Positions 21,938 through 33,042 of a stretch of DNA of 59,702 nt are shown here, in pieces. The stretch is from an uncultured Chloroflexia bacterium (GTDB lineage: Bacteria; Chloroflexota; Anaerolineae; B4-G1; SLSP01). The notes beneath the pieces were generated by a model. It saw only the letters and a program-made list of their open reading frames with translations. It did no database searches and was not told where the DNA came from. Where the stretch lies: positions 1 through 59,702 of the forward strand of contig CAVVUS010000025.1 in the NCBI GenBank assembly GCA_963751345.1. The letters run 5' to 3'. The position numbers and the translations under genes are program-made. Numbering within the stretch: position 1 is the first letter of the stretch; every line of letters starts with the position of its first letter.

Positions 21938-22738
21938 CTATGCTGTTTCCGCACTATCCAGTGGATCGTAGCCGACGACCTCGCGGGCGTGATCGATGTC
22001 GACCCAGTTGTACTCGTTGTCGGAGACACCGTAGAAGATGTCGAAGCGCAGGTCGTCCGGAGCGTCGACACAGCGCTGGGTCAATTGGGCGATGTCTCGC
22101 TGGCTACACCATTGGTTCCGGCCCCAGGGGTTCGGAGGTCGATCCTCCTCGACGACCCAGCCGATGCGCAGGACGATGCACGACATCCCGTGGCGGTGAG
22201 CGTAGGTGTGGGCCAGTGCCTCGCCCCACACCTTGGAGCTGGAATAGAGATTGAGCGTGCGGGGGCAATCTTTGTGGGTCAGCTTGGGGATTGTGGCGGG
22301 ATCGACCTCGTCATAGCGCGCCTGAAAAAGCGTCGCATAGGGTTCGGTGTCACGATAGCCAAAGACCGTCTGAATCGAACTCGCGAAGACGACGCGCTGC
22401 ACGCCGGCGAGCCTCGCAGCCTCAAAGACATTGTAGGCGCCAATGACGTTGCTGTCGCGCACGCTCTCCCAGCCCCTCTGACCGCTGGGATCGGCTGCCA
22501 TATGGACGATCACATCTATCCCCTCGACGGCGCGCGCCACGGCATCGAAGTCTTCCAGGTTGGCGAGATGGAAGCGATCCTCGGGCACCTCGGCCTTGTT
22601 TTCCTCTGAGATGCGGTCGGACGAGTGCTGCCTACGTGCCAGACCGTGGACTTCATAGAGGGCGGGCTGCGCAATAAGCCTGCGGTAGACTGCATTGCCG
22701 ATCAAGCCATAGACACCGGTGATCAGGACACGTTTCAT
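21938..22738 (-). CDS. NAD-dependent epimerase/dehydrogenase (uronate dehydrogenase-like extended SDR)
   Basis: ITGVYGLIG, HMAA, VVFASS, YSSSK, LRIG, FYGVSDN. Confidence 0.85.
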   Translation of the reverse strand: MKRVLITGVYGLIGNAVYRRLIAQPALYEVHGLARRQHSSDRISEENKAEVPEDRFHLANLEDFDAVARAVEGIDVIVHMAADPSGQRGWESVRDSNVIGAYNVFEAARLAGVQRVVFASSIQTVFGYRDTEPYATLFQARYDEVDPATIPKLTHKDCPRTLNLYSSSKVWGEALAHTYAHRHGMSCIVLRIGWVVEEDRPPNPWGRNQWCSQRDIAQLTQRCVDAPDDLRFDIFYGVSDNEYNWVDIDHAREVVGYDPLDSAETA

Positions 22739-22872
22739 GCGGGGAACTCCTTTCTACATACGCCTTGCCGGGCGGATCCAGAGGCATTGTACTACCGCCG
22801 CGCCAGCTTGCATGTTCGTCCTGCCGCAAGAGTTGCCCGACGCGGCAAGAATGCTAGACTAGCGTCCTACTC

Positions 22873-23874
22873 ATGCCGCTTGAGAGAGAAGACCCTATTG
22901 TGGAGAATGTCGAGATCAAGCTCCGAGTCAGTCTGGGATCGGCCGTTGTGCTGGGGCTGCGCGAGACCCGTATGGAGGTCCGCCCCACCACGCTCTACGC
23001 GATGCTGGGCGAGAGGTGTGCGGGGGCGTGTCGTTTCTGTGCGCAGGCCAGGGACAGCGAGGCGGATCGTGGGTTCCTCTCGCGCATCGTATGGCCGGAA
23101 TTCGACTTGTCGACGGTGGTTGAGCGGTTTGAGAGTTCGGAAGGCCTGAGGCGTATCTGTCTTCAGACGCTGCGCGATCCCGACGTCCTTCCGCAACTGG
23201 TGCGGACGGTCGAGGCCTTTCGCGCAGTCACCGGCGTGCCTATCTCGGTGTGCATGAACCCGACGGATCCGGCGTGGCTCCAGCGACTGAAAGCCGCCGG
23301 CGTCGACCGTGTTGGCGTGGGGCTGGACTGCGCGACGGAAACGACGTTCAACGAGGTGAAACCGGGGTTCCACTGGGACGCTTACCACCGATTCCTCGAC
23401 GCCATCGTGGAGACCTTCGGCACCGGCTCGGTCCACCTGATCGTGGGGCTGGGTGACAGCGACGAGGATCTCGTCCGGCAGATGCAGGATGCGAAGGATC
23501 GCGGCTGCACCGTCGCTCTTTTCGCGTTCACACCGGTGCGCGGCACGAAGCTGGACCTGCCTGCGCCGGAGCTAGGGCGCTATCGCGCGATGCAGGTGGC
23601 CCGCTATCTTATCGTGAGCGGGCGCGCGAGGGCCGATGACATGGCATTCGAGAACGGCAGGCTGACCCGCATTGAGGCTGCGCCGGATGCTGTTGGCCAC
23701 GCGCTCTCGACAGGAATCCCCTTTCGCACGAGCGGCTGTCCCGACTGCAATCGCCCCCTCTACAACGAACGCCCGGGCGGCGCGATGTACAACTTCGCCG
23801 CTCCGCTCACCGACGATGAGAAGGGCCTGGCGCGGCAAGAGTTGAGCACATACCTGAAGAGGAGGACCTTGTGA
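22873..23874 (+). CDS. lipS2: Radical SAM lipoyl synthase component LipS2
   Basis: CAGACRFC; RIVWP; FAFTPVRGT; C-terminal TSGCPDCNRP matches the LipS2 TxGCPxC(N/D)RP motif. True start may be GTG 22900. Confidence 0.85.
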   Translation: MPLEREDPIVENVEIKLRVSLGSAVVLGLRETRMEVRPTTLYAMLGERCAGACRFCAQARDSEADRGFLSRIVWPEFDLSTVVERFESSEGLRRICLQTLRDPDVLPQLVRTVEAFRAVTGVPISVCMNPTDPAWLQRLKAAGVDRVGVGLDCATETTFNEVKPGFHWDAYHRFLDAIVETFGTGSVHLIVGLGDSDEDLVRQMQDAKDRGCTVALFAFTPVRGTKLDLPAPELGRYRAMQVARYLIVSGRARADDMAFENGRLTRIEAAPDAVGHALSTGIPFRTSGCPDCNRPLYNERPGGAMYNFAAPLTDDEKGLARQELSTYLKRRTL

Positions 23875-24639
23875 CCCAGACTTGGCGACTGCTGCAACAC
23901 GGGGCCCGCAGTGCGTACGAGAATATGGCGATTGACGAGGCCATTCTGCGCGGTGTCATGGCCGGGACATCCCCGTACACGCTGCGCTTCTACCGGTGGC
24001 AGCCCTCGGCCGTTTCTATCGGCTACTTCCAGGGCCTCGAACAGGAGGTCGACCTGGAGGCTTGTGCGGAGAGGGGCGTCGACGTGATTCGCAGGCTCAC
24101 CGGCGGGGGCGCGGTCTACCACGACTACGACGGGGAGATCACGTACTCACTGGCGATCCCTGCGGACTACCCCGGTATGCCGCACAAGGTGCTCGACTCC
24201 TATGAGGTACTGTGCGCGGGCCTGGTCGCGGGGCTGAGGGCGCTGGGGATGGCTGCCGAATTCAAGCCCATCAACGACATCACCGTCAACAACAAGAAGA
24301 TCTCGGGCAACGCCCAGACGCGCCGATTCGGGGGCATTCTGCAGCACGGCACGCTGCTCTGCGAGGTGGACCCCCACCTGATGTTCACGCTGCTCAAGGT
24401 TCCCAGCGAGAAGATCCGCGACAAGCTCATCGCAGGGCGTGGAGGAACGGGTCACGTCGATCAAGCGCGAGATGGGCGCGGTGGACCGCGGGCGCGTCAC
24501 AGACGCGATGGTCGAGGGGTTTGCCCGCACGCTCGACATCGATCCGGTGCCCGGTGAACTGACCGATGAGGAACTGGCGCTGGCCGACGAATTGAGAACG
24601 GAGCGATACGAAAATGACGCCTGGAATGCTAAGCGCTGA
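23871..24639 (+). CDS. lplA: Lipoate-protein ligase / octanoyltransferase catalytic domain (frameshift near 24435)
   Basis: NMAIDEA, LRFYRW, RRLTGGGAVYHD, NDI, KKISGNAQ, LQHGT. Confidence 0.92.
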
Positions 24640-24904
24640 CTATAAGGTCCCGGGCGGCAAACTGCTCCGCGTCCAACTGACGCTTGACGAGAGCACCCCG
24701 CCCCGCATCGGGTGGCTTCATCTGACCGGCGATTTCTTCATGCACCCGGAAGATGGCATCGACGATCTGGAGGCATACCTCGTGGGCTCTGCCTGGCAGG
24801 CCGACGCCCTGCGGACCCGGGTCCAGGCCTTCTTCGATACGGACGTGGAAGTCATCGGCGCCGACGTGGATGGGATCGTCCACGTCATTCTGGCGGCGCG
24901 GTAG
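24626..24904 (+). CDS. Stand-alone lipoate-protein ligase accessory (LplB-like) domain
   Basis: YKVPGGKLLRV...LTGDFFMHPEDGIDDLEAYLVG. Confidence 0.85.
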   Translation: MLSADYKVPGGKLLRVQLTLDESTPPRIGWLHLTGDFFMHPEDGIDDLEAYLVGSAWQADALRTRVQAFFDTDVEVIGADVDGIVHVILAAR

Positions 24905-24909
24905 CCCCA

Positions 24910-25772
24910 ATGCTTCTGAAGACCTACCATCCCTTACCCAAGTTCCCGCCCATCTCGCTGTCGGGCACGGAGTGCCGGCTCAACTGCCAGCACTGCAACC
25001 GCGCCTACCTGCGCGGAATGGCACCCGCCGAGACGCCTGAGACGCTGCTTGCCACTTGTCGCAAGCTCCGCGACGAAGGCGCTATCGGCGTCCTCCTGAG
25101 CGGCGGCTCCGGGCGGGGCGGCGAGATCCTCAACCTTGACCGTATGGTGGATGCGATCCAACGTGTGAAGGTCGAGACGGGGCTGCTCCTCAATATGCAC
25201 CCGGGGCTGATGGATCGGGCAACCGCCCAGGCGCTCGGCGGCGCGATCGACTTTGCCTCACTGGAGATCCCCAGCGACGAGACGATCCGGGATGTCTTTG
25301 GGTTGGCAGCCACGGCGTCCGATTACTTCGCCACCTACGATCACCTGCTGGCGGCCGGGATCCCCGTCGTACCCCACGTCGCCGTCTACGACGGCACCGA
25401 GGATCGGCTTGCTGGCCAACATCACACCGGGACGACCGGCCCCCGAGTCGATCGTCGTCATCGTCTTCTCGCCGACACGCGACACGCCGATGGCGGACGC
25501 GCCGCCTCCCTCGCCCGAGATGGTGGGCGGCGTGATCGCCCGGATACAAGAAGATGTTCCCTTCGACAGAGATCGCCCTGGGCTGTATGCGTCCGCGGGA
25601 CAGGGATCTAAGGCTAGCGCTTGAGTTGGCGGCCCTCGATGCGGGCGTTGCGCGGATGGAGCTGCCGTCGCGCAGGACATTGGAGGTCGCGCGGGAGCGG
25701 GGCTACGATGTCGTGCGGTTCGATGCGTGCTGCGCGCTGCCGAGGGAACTGGAGCCGCGAGTGCGGCGGTGA
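24910..25772 (+). CDS. lipS1: Radical SAM lipoyl synthase component LipS1 (frameshifts near 25405 and 25548)
   Basis: ISLSGTECRLNCQHC; GVLLSGG; VVPH; LGCMRP and DACCA match the LipS1 GC(M/A)R and CC motifs. Confidence 0.85.
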
Positions 25773-25773
25773 C

Positions 25774-27207
<1,434 letters not shown>

Positions 27208-27212
27208 ACTGT

Positions 27213-28194
27213 CTATGCCTTTGACAGCAGCCACGAGATCGGCCAGGGCTGGGACCACCGCCGATGCCATCGACGGTGTAGTCGCCGCCGGTGACGATCG
27301 CGTCTCGCCGCCAGGAGGCCACTCTTGATCGCAGGAGGCGATGCCCTCTCCCATATCCTCCGTAGCCAATCCGGCAGCATCGCCGACAATGAAGGCATTG
27401 CCCTTCCGCACCTCCCGCTGACGCTGACGCAGATAGTAAGCGTGACCGGTGGGGCTGTACGCATAGTCGCGCACGAGCCCCAGCCGGTCGAGTTCAGCTA
27501 CCAGCAGCGCCCAGTGACGTTGGATGGTGTCGCCGCGCGCCTTCAGCTTCTCAGCCTTTCCCCCGACGCCGACGTTGACGATACCCTCGGCCTTCGGCAC
27601 GTACCAGGCATAGCCAGGGAGGCGGTTCTCGAAGAACCACAGATGGCTGGCATCCCCCTTGCCGTCGGGCGCCCAGTCATAGGCGAACTCCTCTTCCTGG
27701 CTCACGATAAGCATGTCCCGAGACCGGGGAGTGACATCCTCGAAGAGCGCGCGCGCGACCGGGCAGTTCGTGCCGCCCGCGCCGACGAGATAGCGCGCGA
27801 AGAACTCGCCATCCACCACATATCCGCCGTCACGCCGCACGATCTCCCGCACGTGATGCGTCTGCACGGGCGCACCGGACCGCTTGAGCAACCAGTCATC
27901 GAACTCGATCCGCCGGATCGCGAGCTGCTTGGCGGGTAGTTGCAGTTTCAACCCGCGCACCGATAGACGCAGCCGCGCCACCGTGGTCAGTGGGTACGGA
28001 TATGACGCAGCGTCGAAGTCGAGGTCAGTGAGCACCTCGGGCATGATCCAGCCTGCGCACAGTTTTAGCCGGGGAAACGGCACGCGATCGAGGACGAGAC
28101 AATCAACATTGTGCCGCCTCAGCGCCCACGCACAGGCCGCGCCTCCCGGTCCTCCACCGACGATCAACACCTCTGTGCGGATCATGCTTGGCAC
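27213..28194 (-). CDS. Geranylgeranyl-reductase-family FAD oxidoreductase (frameshifted near 3' end)
   Basis: IVGGGPGG, FPRLKLCAGW, IRRIEFD, GYAWYVPK, VGDAAG...GEGI; continues AIKSGLLAA/DAIVTG in other frames and probably stops at 27213. Confidence 0.88.
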
Positions 28195-29316
28195 TTAGCT
28201 GAAGCGGCAGGCGGGCTGCGGCGTACCGGGGCGGGTCATCACGACCTGCCAGAGCTGCTGCGCGCGCGCGCGGAATCCCCCGGCGCTGCTCAGAAGGTAA
28301 TAGCGCCACATGCGGTAGAAGCGATCGTCATAGTTCTTCTTCAGCTCGGGCCAGGCCGCCTCGAAGTTGGCGTTCCACGCCATCAAAGTGGGATCATAGT
28401 GCGGGCCGATGTTGTGCCAGTCCTCGACGACGAAGAGGTTCTCCATGGCCTTGGCGAGCTGCGCAATCGACGGCAGCATCCCATTTGGGAAGATGTACTT
28501 GGTCGACCAGGCATTGGCGCCCGTCGTGCTGAAATTGCTGCCGATGGTGTGGAAGAAGGCAATCCCACCGTCCTTGAGCGTACGGTCGACAACCTCCATA
28601 TAGGTCCGGTAGTTCTTGTATCCCACGTGCTCCATCACACCGATCGAGATCACCCGGTCGTAGGTACCGGCGACATCGCGGTAGTCCTGGAGCTTGAGTT
28701 CGACGGGCAGCCCCTTACACATCTCCATGCCGAGCGCCACCTGCTCCTTGGAGACGGTCACACCGACAACTTCCGCGCCACGCGTCTCGGCGGCGTACTT
28801 CGCAAAGCTGCCCCACCCGCAGCCGAGCTCCAGCACGCGCATCCCCGGCTTCAGGCCGATTTTCTTGCAGACCAGGTCGAGCTTGGCTTCCTGGGCGTCA
28901 TCGAGGTTATCGGCATGTGCCCAATAGCCACAGGTATAGTTCAACCGCTTGTCGAGCATCGCCGTGTAGAGATCGTTGCCGAGATCGTAGTGGTGCTCAC
29001 CCACCTCAAAGGCACGTGACCTCGATTGCAGATTGAAGAGCCGGCTCCTGAGCGTGTCGAGCGCCAGCTTCCAGTTGCCCTTGATCTTGCTGGGGAGATC
29101 CGCCAGGAAGATCCTGGTGACGAGCTGGTCGATCGCCTCGCAATCCCACCAGCCATCCACGTAGGCCTCGCCGAAACCCAGCTCGACCTCACGGAGAACT
29201 TTGTCGTAGAATCGGGCATCGTGGATCTGGATGTCCCACGGGTTACTGCCGTTGACCTCGACCTCCGCCAATTCCAAAAGATGCCGAATAATTGCCTCTG
29301 ATCCCTGTGCCGCCAT
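28195..29316 (-). CDS. cfa: Cyclopropane-fatty-acyl-phospholipid synthase family methyltransferase
   Basis: HYDLGNDLY, YTCGYW, LELGCGWG, SIGVMEHVG, KYIFPNG, RFYRMWRYYL. Confidence 0.93.
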   Translation of the reverse strand: MAAQGSEAIIRHLLELAEVEVNGSNPWDIQIHDARFYDKVLREVELGFGEAYVDGWWDCEAIDQLVTRIFLADLPSKIKGNWKLALDTLRSRLFNLQSRSRAFEVGEHHYDLGNDLYTAMLDKRLNYTCGYWAHADNLDDAQEAKLDLVCKKIGLKPGMRVLELGCGWGSFAKYAAETRGAEVVGVTVSKEQVALGMEMCKGLPVELKLQDYRDVAGTYDRVISIGVMEHVGYKNYRTYMEVVDRTLKDGGIAFFHTIGSNFSTTGANAWSTKYIFPNGMLPSIAQLAKAMENLFVVEDWHNIGPHYDPTLMAWNANFEAAWPELKKNYDDRFYRMWRYYLLSSAGGFRARAQQLWQVVMTRPGTPQPACRFS

Positions 29317-29430
29317 CGTCAGAGCCTCCTTACGCTAGACTTATCGCCACAGAACATCCGGATCCGCCGATGCAATGAGGTAAATCTAGGAGACGTAACA
29401 GCACAGAGGGTGCCGCCACGCCCCCCGGTG

Positions 29431-29459
29431 ATTACACCCTGAGTAGGAAGGTTTGTCAA
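29431..29459 (-). promoter_or_regulatory. sigma70-type promoter of the cfa operon
   Basis: TTGACA-17 bp-TGTAAT on the minus strand. Confidence 0.55.
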
Positions 29460-29468
29460 CCGAGAGAA

Positions 29469-30722
29469 TCAGTCGAACGTCTTGCGCAGCTCCGCCCCCT
29501 GCGCGATCAGCGTCTTCTGCAGCGTGGTCACGTCGAGCGTCCTGGGCTTCACAGCCTGCAGCGCCGACAGGGCCGCAGCGACACCCGACGCCTGGCCGAT
29601 CGCCATCATCGGAATCATCGCCCGGTGGGACTCGTAGGGCTGCTGCTCGCTGGAGATGCAGCGCCCGGTGACCAGCAGGTTATCGATCTTCTTGGGCACA
29701 AGGGTGCGGTAGGGGATATCGTATCCCTCATGCTCCAGGTAGCGGCGATAGCCGTAATAGTGGATGATCGCACAGGAGCTGATGGCAACGACGTCGTCAA
29801 AGCGATGGCCCTCGATGGCGTCCTCGGCCGTCAGCTTGTACTCCCCCTCGATGAAGCGCGTCTGCCGAATGCCCAGAAGCGGCGGCGTCTCCACGACACG
29901 GGCGTCGGCCAACTCCGGGTGCTGAGCCTGCTTCTTGGCGAAGTCGTCATAGACGCGCAGACGGGCATCGACCTCAGCCTTTGAGAGCTGCTCGGCGTCG
30001 GTTCCGTCAATCGGCGCAGCACCCGGCCCCCAGACGACGGCGTTCGTCCCGAAGTCGCAGGCGTACGAGGCCTTGGGGCGGTCGTCTCCGAACTCAATGC
30101 GGTACATCAGCGCGTCGTTCAGGCGCGGAGCCTCATCCTTCACGGTCTGCCAGAACGGCGCACCGGCCCGCGCAGCGACGTCCCCATCGCCCGATGCGTC
30201 GACCACCACCTTGGCCAGCAATGCCTGGCGGCCCGACTTGTTCTCGACGATGATCCCGCGCACGACGTCATCCTCGACGATGGCGTCGGCAAACCAGGTG
30301 TGAAGCAGCAGATCGACGCCCGCGTCGACACAGAGCTTCATCGTGACGTACTTGAACTTCTCCGTGTCGATGGCGTAGCTGTATTCCATCTGCCCGGGTG
30401 TCGTGGGATAGGGTTTCTGTGCGTAGGGGCTCTTGCCGAGGCCGTCCATCGCCTTGAGCTCCAGCACGATCTCCTCCGCCACCCCGCGGACGGTCTGGGT
30501 GAAGTCCGGTTCCACCTGGTTGCGGAAGCCATTGATGCACGCCATCAGGGATGCCGTCGCCGTGCCGCCAAGATAGCCGAATTGCTCGACGAGCACGGTC
30601 TGCGCGCCGGCCCGCGCCGACGCAATAGCGGCTGCGAGACCTGCAGGGCCGCCGCCCACCACGATCACGTCGACATCGCGGACGACGGGTAGTTCCTTCG
30701 CGGGTTCAGTGTAGGTTGTCAT
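29469..30722 (-). CDS. FAD-dependent oxidoreductase (FAD_oxidored family)
   Basis: VVGGGPAG, LGGTAT, VDASGDGD, YDIPYRTLVP, GRCIS, GQASGVAAA. Confidence 0.9.
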   Translation of the reverse strand: MTTYTEPAKELPVVRDVDVIVVGGGPAGLAAAIASARAGAQTVLVEQFGYLGGTATASLMACINGFRNQVEPDFTQTVRGVAEEIVLELKAMDGLGKSPYAQKPYPTTPGQMEYSYAIDTEKFKYVTMKLCVDAGVDLLLHTWFADAIVEDDVVRGIIVENKSGRQALLAKVVVDASGDGDVAARAGAPFWQTVKDEAPRLNDALMYRIEFGDDRPKASYACDFGTNAVVWGPGAAPIDGTDAEQLSKAEVDARLRVYDDFAKKQAQHPELADARVVETPPLLGIRQTRFIEGEYKLTAEDAIEGHRFDDVVAISSCAIIHYYGYRRYLEHEGYDIPYRTLVPKKIDNLLVTGRCISSEQQPYESHRAMIPMMAIGQASGVAAALSALQAVKPRTLDVTTLQKTLIAQGAELRKTFD

Positions 30723-30784
30723 TGTTCTCTCCCTTGAAATCTGTAGCATAAGGCTTTTGTTCAGGTCTCCCCGGAGACCGCTTT

Positions 30785-31923
30785 CTAGCCAGCCTTCGCA
30801 AGCCGGACCATTGTCTCGTAGTTCGCCAGGACTTGCCCCGATATCTCCCGTCCGTAAGGACAAGAAGAGGGCATCAGCACGAACCCGCGCCCGTTGCCCT
30901 CCGTGCCCTCGCTGAGCGCCTGCGCCACACGCGCCTCGAAGGCCGCTGCGGACAACAGCTCGATCTCGGAAGCCTCGATGTTGCCGAAGAGCACCGTCTG
31001 CCGGCCAATCTCCCGGCGTATCTCCGTAAGCGTCATGTCGCCCTGCGGCGGGGGCTCGATGGGGTCGAGACCGGCCGGCGCCATCGAGGCGATATCGGGC
31101 AGGATGTTTCGCAGCCGGCCGTGGGAATGAATCCTGGCATAGCCGCCGTATCGCTGGATCGTCTCGACCATAGGTTGGGTATAGCGGACGGCGTACTCAC
31201 GATAGAGGCGAGGCGGCAAGAGGGGCTCTGACGCGTATTCCGAGCCGACCACGCGCCAAAGGCGTCCGGGGAAAGCCTGCGCAACGGTCTCGACCACCGG
31301 ATAGATGTGGCGCGCGGCCTGCTCCAGAAGGGCGTGAAAGAGCGCGGGCTCCGTCAGCGCCAGAACCGTGTAATCGGCCATCGAAAAGAGGGAGGCGGCG
31401 TGGCACAGCGGGTCGCGCGATGTCAACCATCACGATACCCGCGTCCCCTAGCCGGGTCTCGGCGTCCAGGAGATTCTCAATGCCAACTTCGGCAGCAAAC
31501 GCTTCGTCCGGTAACTCGAGGTAGGCCCGGGCATCCTCCGGCCCCTTCAACAGATGCTCCAGCGTCCACACGGTAGCAACGTCGGGGTCGAGCCGCGTCA
31601 ACTCGGTGAGCTGTCCGCCCGCCGATGGCATAGGTTGTCCGCGTGAAGCGCGACCCATTCCGGTAGGTCGTCTCGATAGTGCGGTAGGCATCCATACAGT
31701 TGCCGGGGGCCGGATGCTGCCGGGGTGCCAGCATCCGGATCAGGTCCGTCTCCTCCTCGGCCAGTTGGATCAACTCACGCCAACCGGGACCGCTGTAGAC
31801 GTTGAAGGGATCCGGATCGGCGGGGTCGAGTTCCCATCCACCGATCTCATAGAAGCTAACCGCGGGGCGATCCACGGAGTCGCCCCGCAGCGTGGCCATC
31901 AGTCGTTCGCGTCGGGTAGGCAT
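30785..31923 (-). CDS. Uroporphyrinogen decarboxylase / MtaA-CmuA-like family protein (2 frameshifts)
   Basis: MPTRRERLMATLRGDSVDRPAV...RIHSHG...LDPIEPPPQGD...LFGNIE...GFVLMPS. Confidence 0.8.
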
Positions 31924-31971
31924 TGGGGAAAGTTGTACCTCGATCGCGCGATGGCGTCAAGGAAGGGAAGA

Positions 31972-32056
31972 GGGTAGGAAGTAGGAAGTACGCAGTAAGG
32001 CTATCCGCGGTCAGCTCCTTATCCGGGCTTACTCCTTACTCCTTACTCCATACTCC
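31972..32056. repeat. Inverted heptamer arrays (AAGTAGG-type x4 / TTACTCC-type x4)
   Basis: GGGTAGG AAGTAGG AAGTACG CAGTAAG ... TTACTCC TTACTCC TTACTCC ATACTCC; the right arm encodes the last codons and stop of the upstream gene. Confidence 0.8.
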
Positions 32057-33036
32057 GGTTCTGCCGGCTTGCCTTCGCCAGCTAACCCCGTCATTCCCTG
32101 CAAGAGGTAGATTACACCACCGATGAGACCGACAACCCCGCTCACAGCCCATACAGAGAGCGTCCAGGCCGCCGTGGCAGTCTCCACCACGCCGGTAGGC
32201 CCCAGCAGTATCTGCCCGACCCAATCGCGGGCACCGAGTCCGCCCACCGAGATCGGCAGCAACAAGGCCAAAGAGAGCAAAGGGACGACAACGAAGTAGA
32301 AAGGCAGCCCAAGCTCAATGCCGACGGCACGAGCGCAGAGCCAGTAGACGGCCACGTTCACCAGGTTGAAGAGGGTAGAGAACCCCATCGCAGCCCAGAT
32401 AGCCGCGGCGCCACAGCCGGTCACCGCAGCGTAGACCTGGGCGAGTTTCCCATCACCCGACAGGGCGAAGCGAGACGGAAGGTGGGAGGTGATGCGCCGC
32501 AGCAGCTTCCCCTCAAGCAGCAAGGCGCCGGCAGCAAGCCCACCTGTTGCGGCGAAAACCAGAAGCCACTGGAGCCACGGCATCAGTCCACGGGCAAACG
32601 GAAGGACCACCAAGCCCATCGCCATCAACGAGAGGATGCCTGTGAGCCGATCCACGACCACAGTGCCCAGGGCTGCGGCATTGTCCTCTGCGTCGCGCCC
32701 GAGTTCCAGCACCCGGACGACATCACCACCGAAGCCGGAGGGAAGAAAGCTGTTAAAGAAGCCGCCCACGAGATAGAGCTTGAACAGCAACAGGAAAGGC
32801 GGACGCAGTCCCAGGCCGCGGAGCAGCGCCCGCCAACGGAACACCCTGATGACAACTCCGGACAAGAAGAGCGTCGACGCCAGGACCAACAACCGCAGGT
32901 CGGCGCCCAGGAGTGCGTTGAAGACACCCCGGCCGCCGACCTGCACGAAGAGAATACTCAAGGCCAGCACGCTGAGCGCGATGCGCAGCAGATTGCTCAG
33001 CAGGCGTCGCTGCGTTCGTGTCAGCCTGGATAGCAC
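32029..33036 (-). CDS. Lysylphosphatidylglycerol-synthase TM / UPF0104 flippase-like membrane protein
   Basis: RWRALL, FFNSFLPSGFGGDVVR, VDRLTG, LPISVGGLGARD. Confidence 0.9.
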   Translation of the reverse strand: MLSRLTRTQRRLLSNLLRIALSVLALSILFVQVGGRGVFNALLGADLRLLVLASTLFLSGVVIRVFRWRALLRGLGLRPPFLLLFKLYLVGGFFNSFLPSGFGGDVVRVLELGRDAEDNAAALGTVVVDRLTGILSLMAMGLVVLPFARGLMPWLQWLLVFAATGGLAAGALLLEGKLLRRITSHLPSRFALSGDGKLAQVYAAVTGCGAAAIWAAMGFSTLFNLVNVAVYWLCARAVGIELGLPFYFVVVPLLSLALLLPISVGGLGARDWVGQILLGPTGVVETATAAWTLSVWAVSGVVGLIGGVIYLLQGMTGLAGEGKPAEPEYGVRSKE

Positions 33037-33042
33037 TGCCAG

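Noticed and set aside
22873-25772. Biotin synthase or RiPP-modifying radical SAM cluster
   Set aside because: LipS-specific motifs and the embedded lipoate ligase explain both enzymes; no precursor peptide or SPASM domain.
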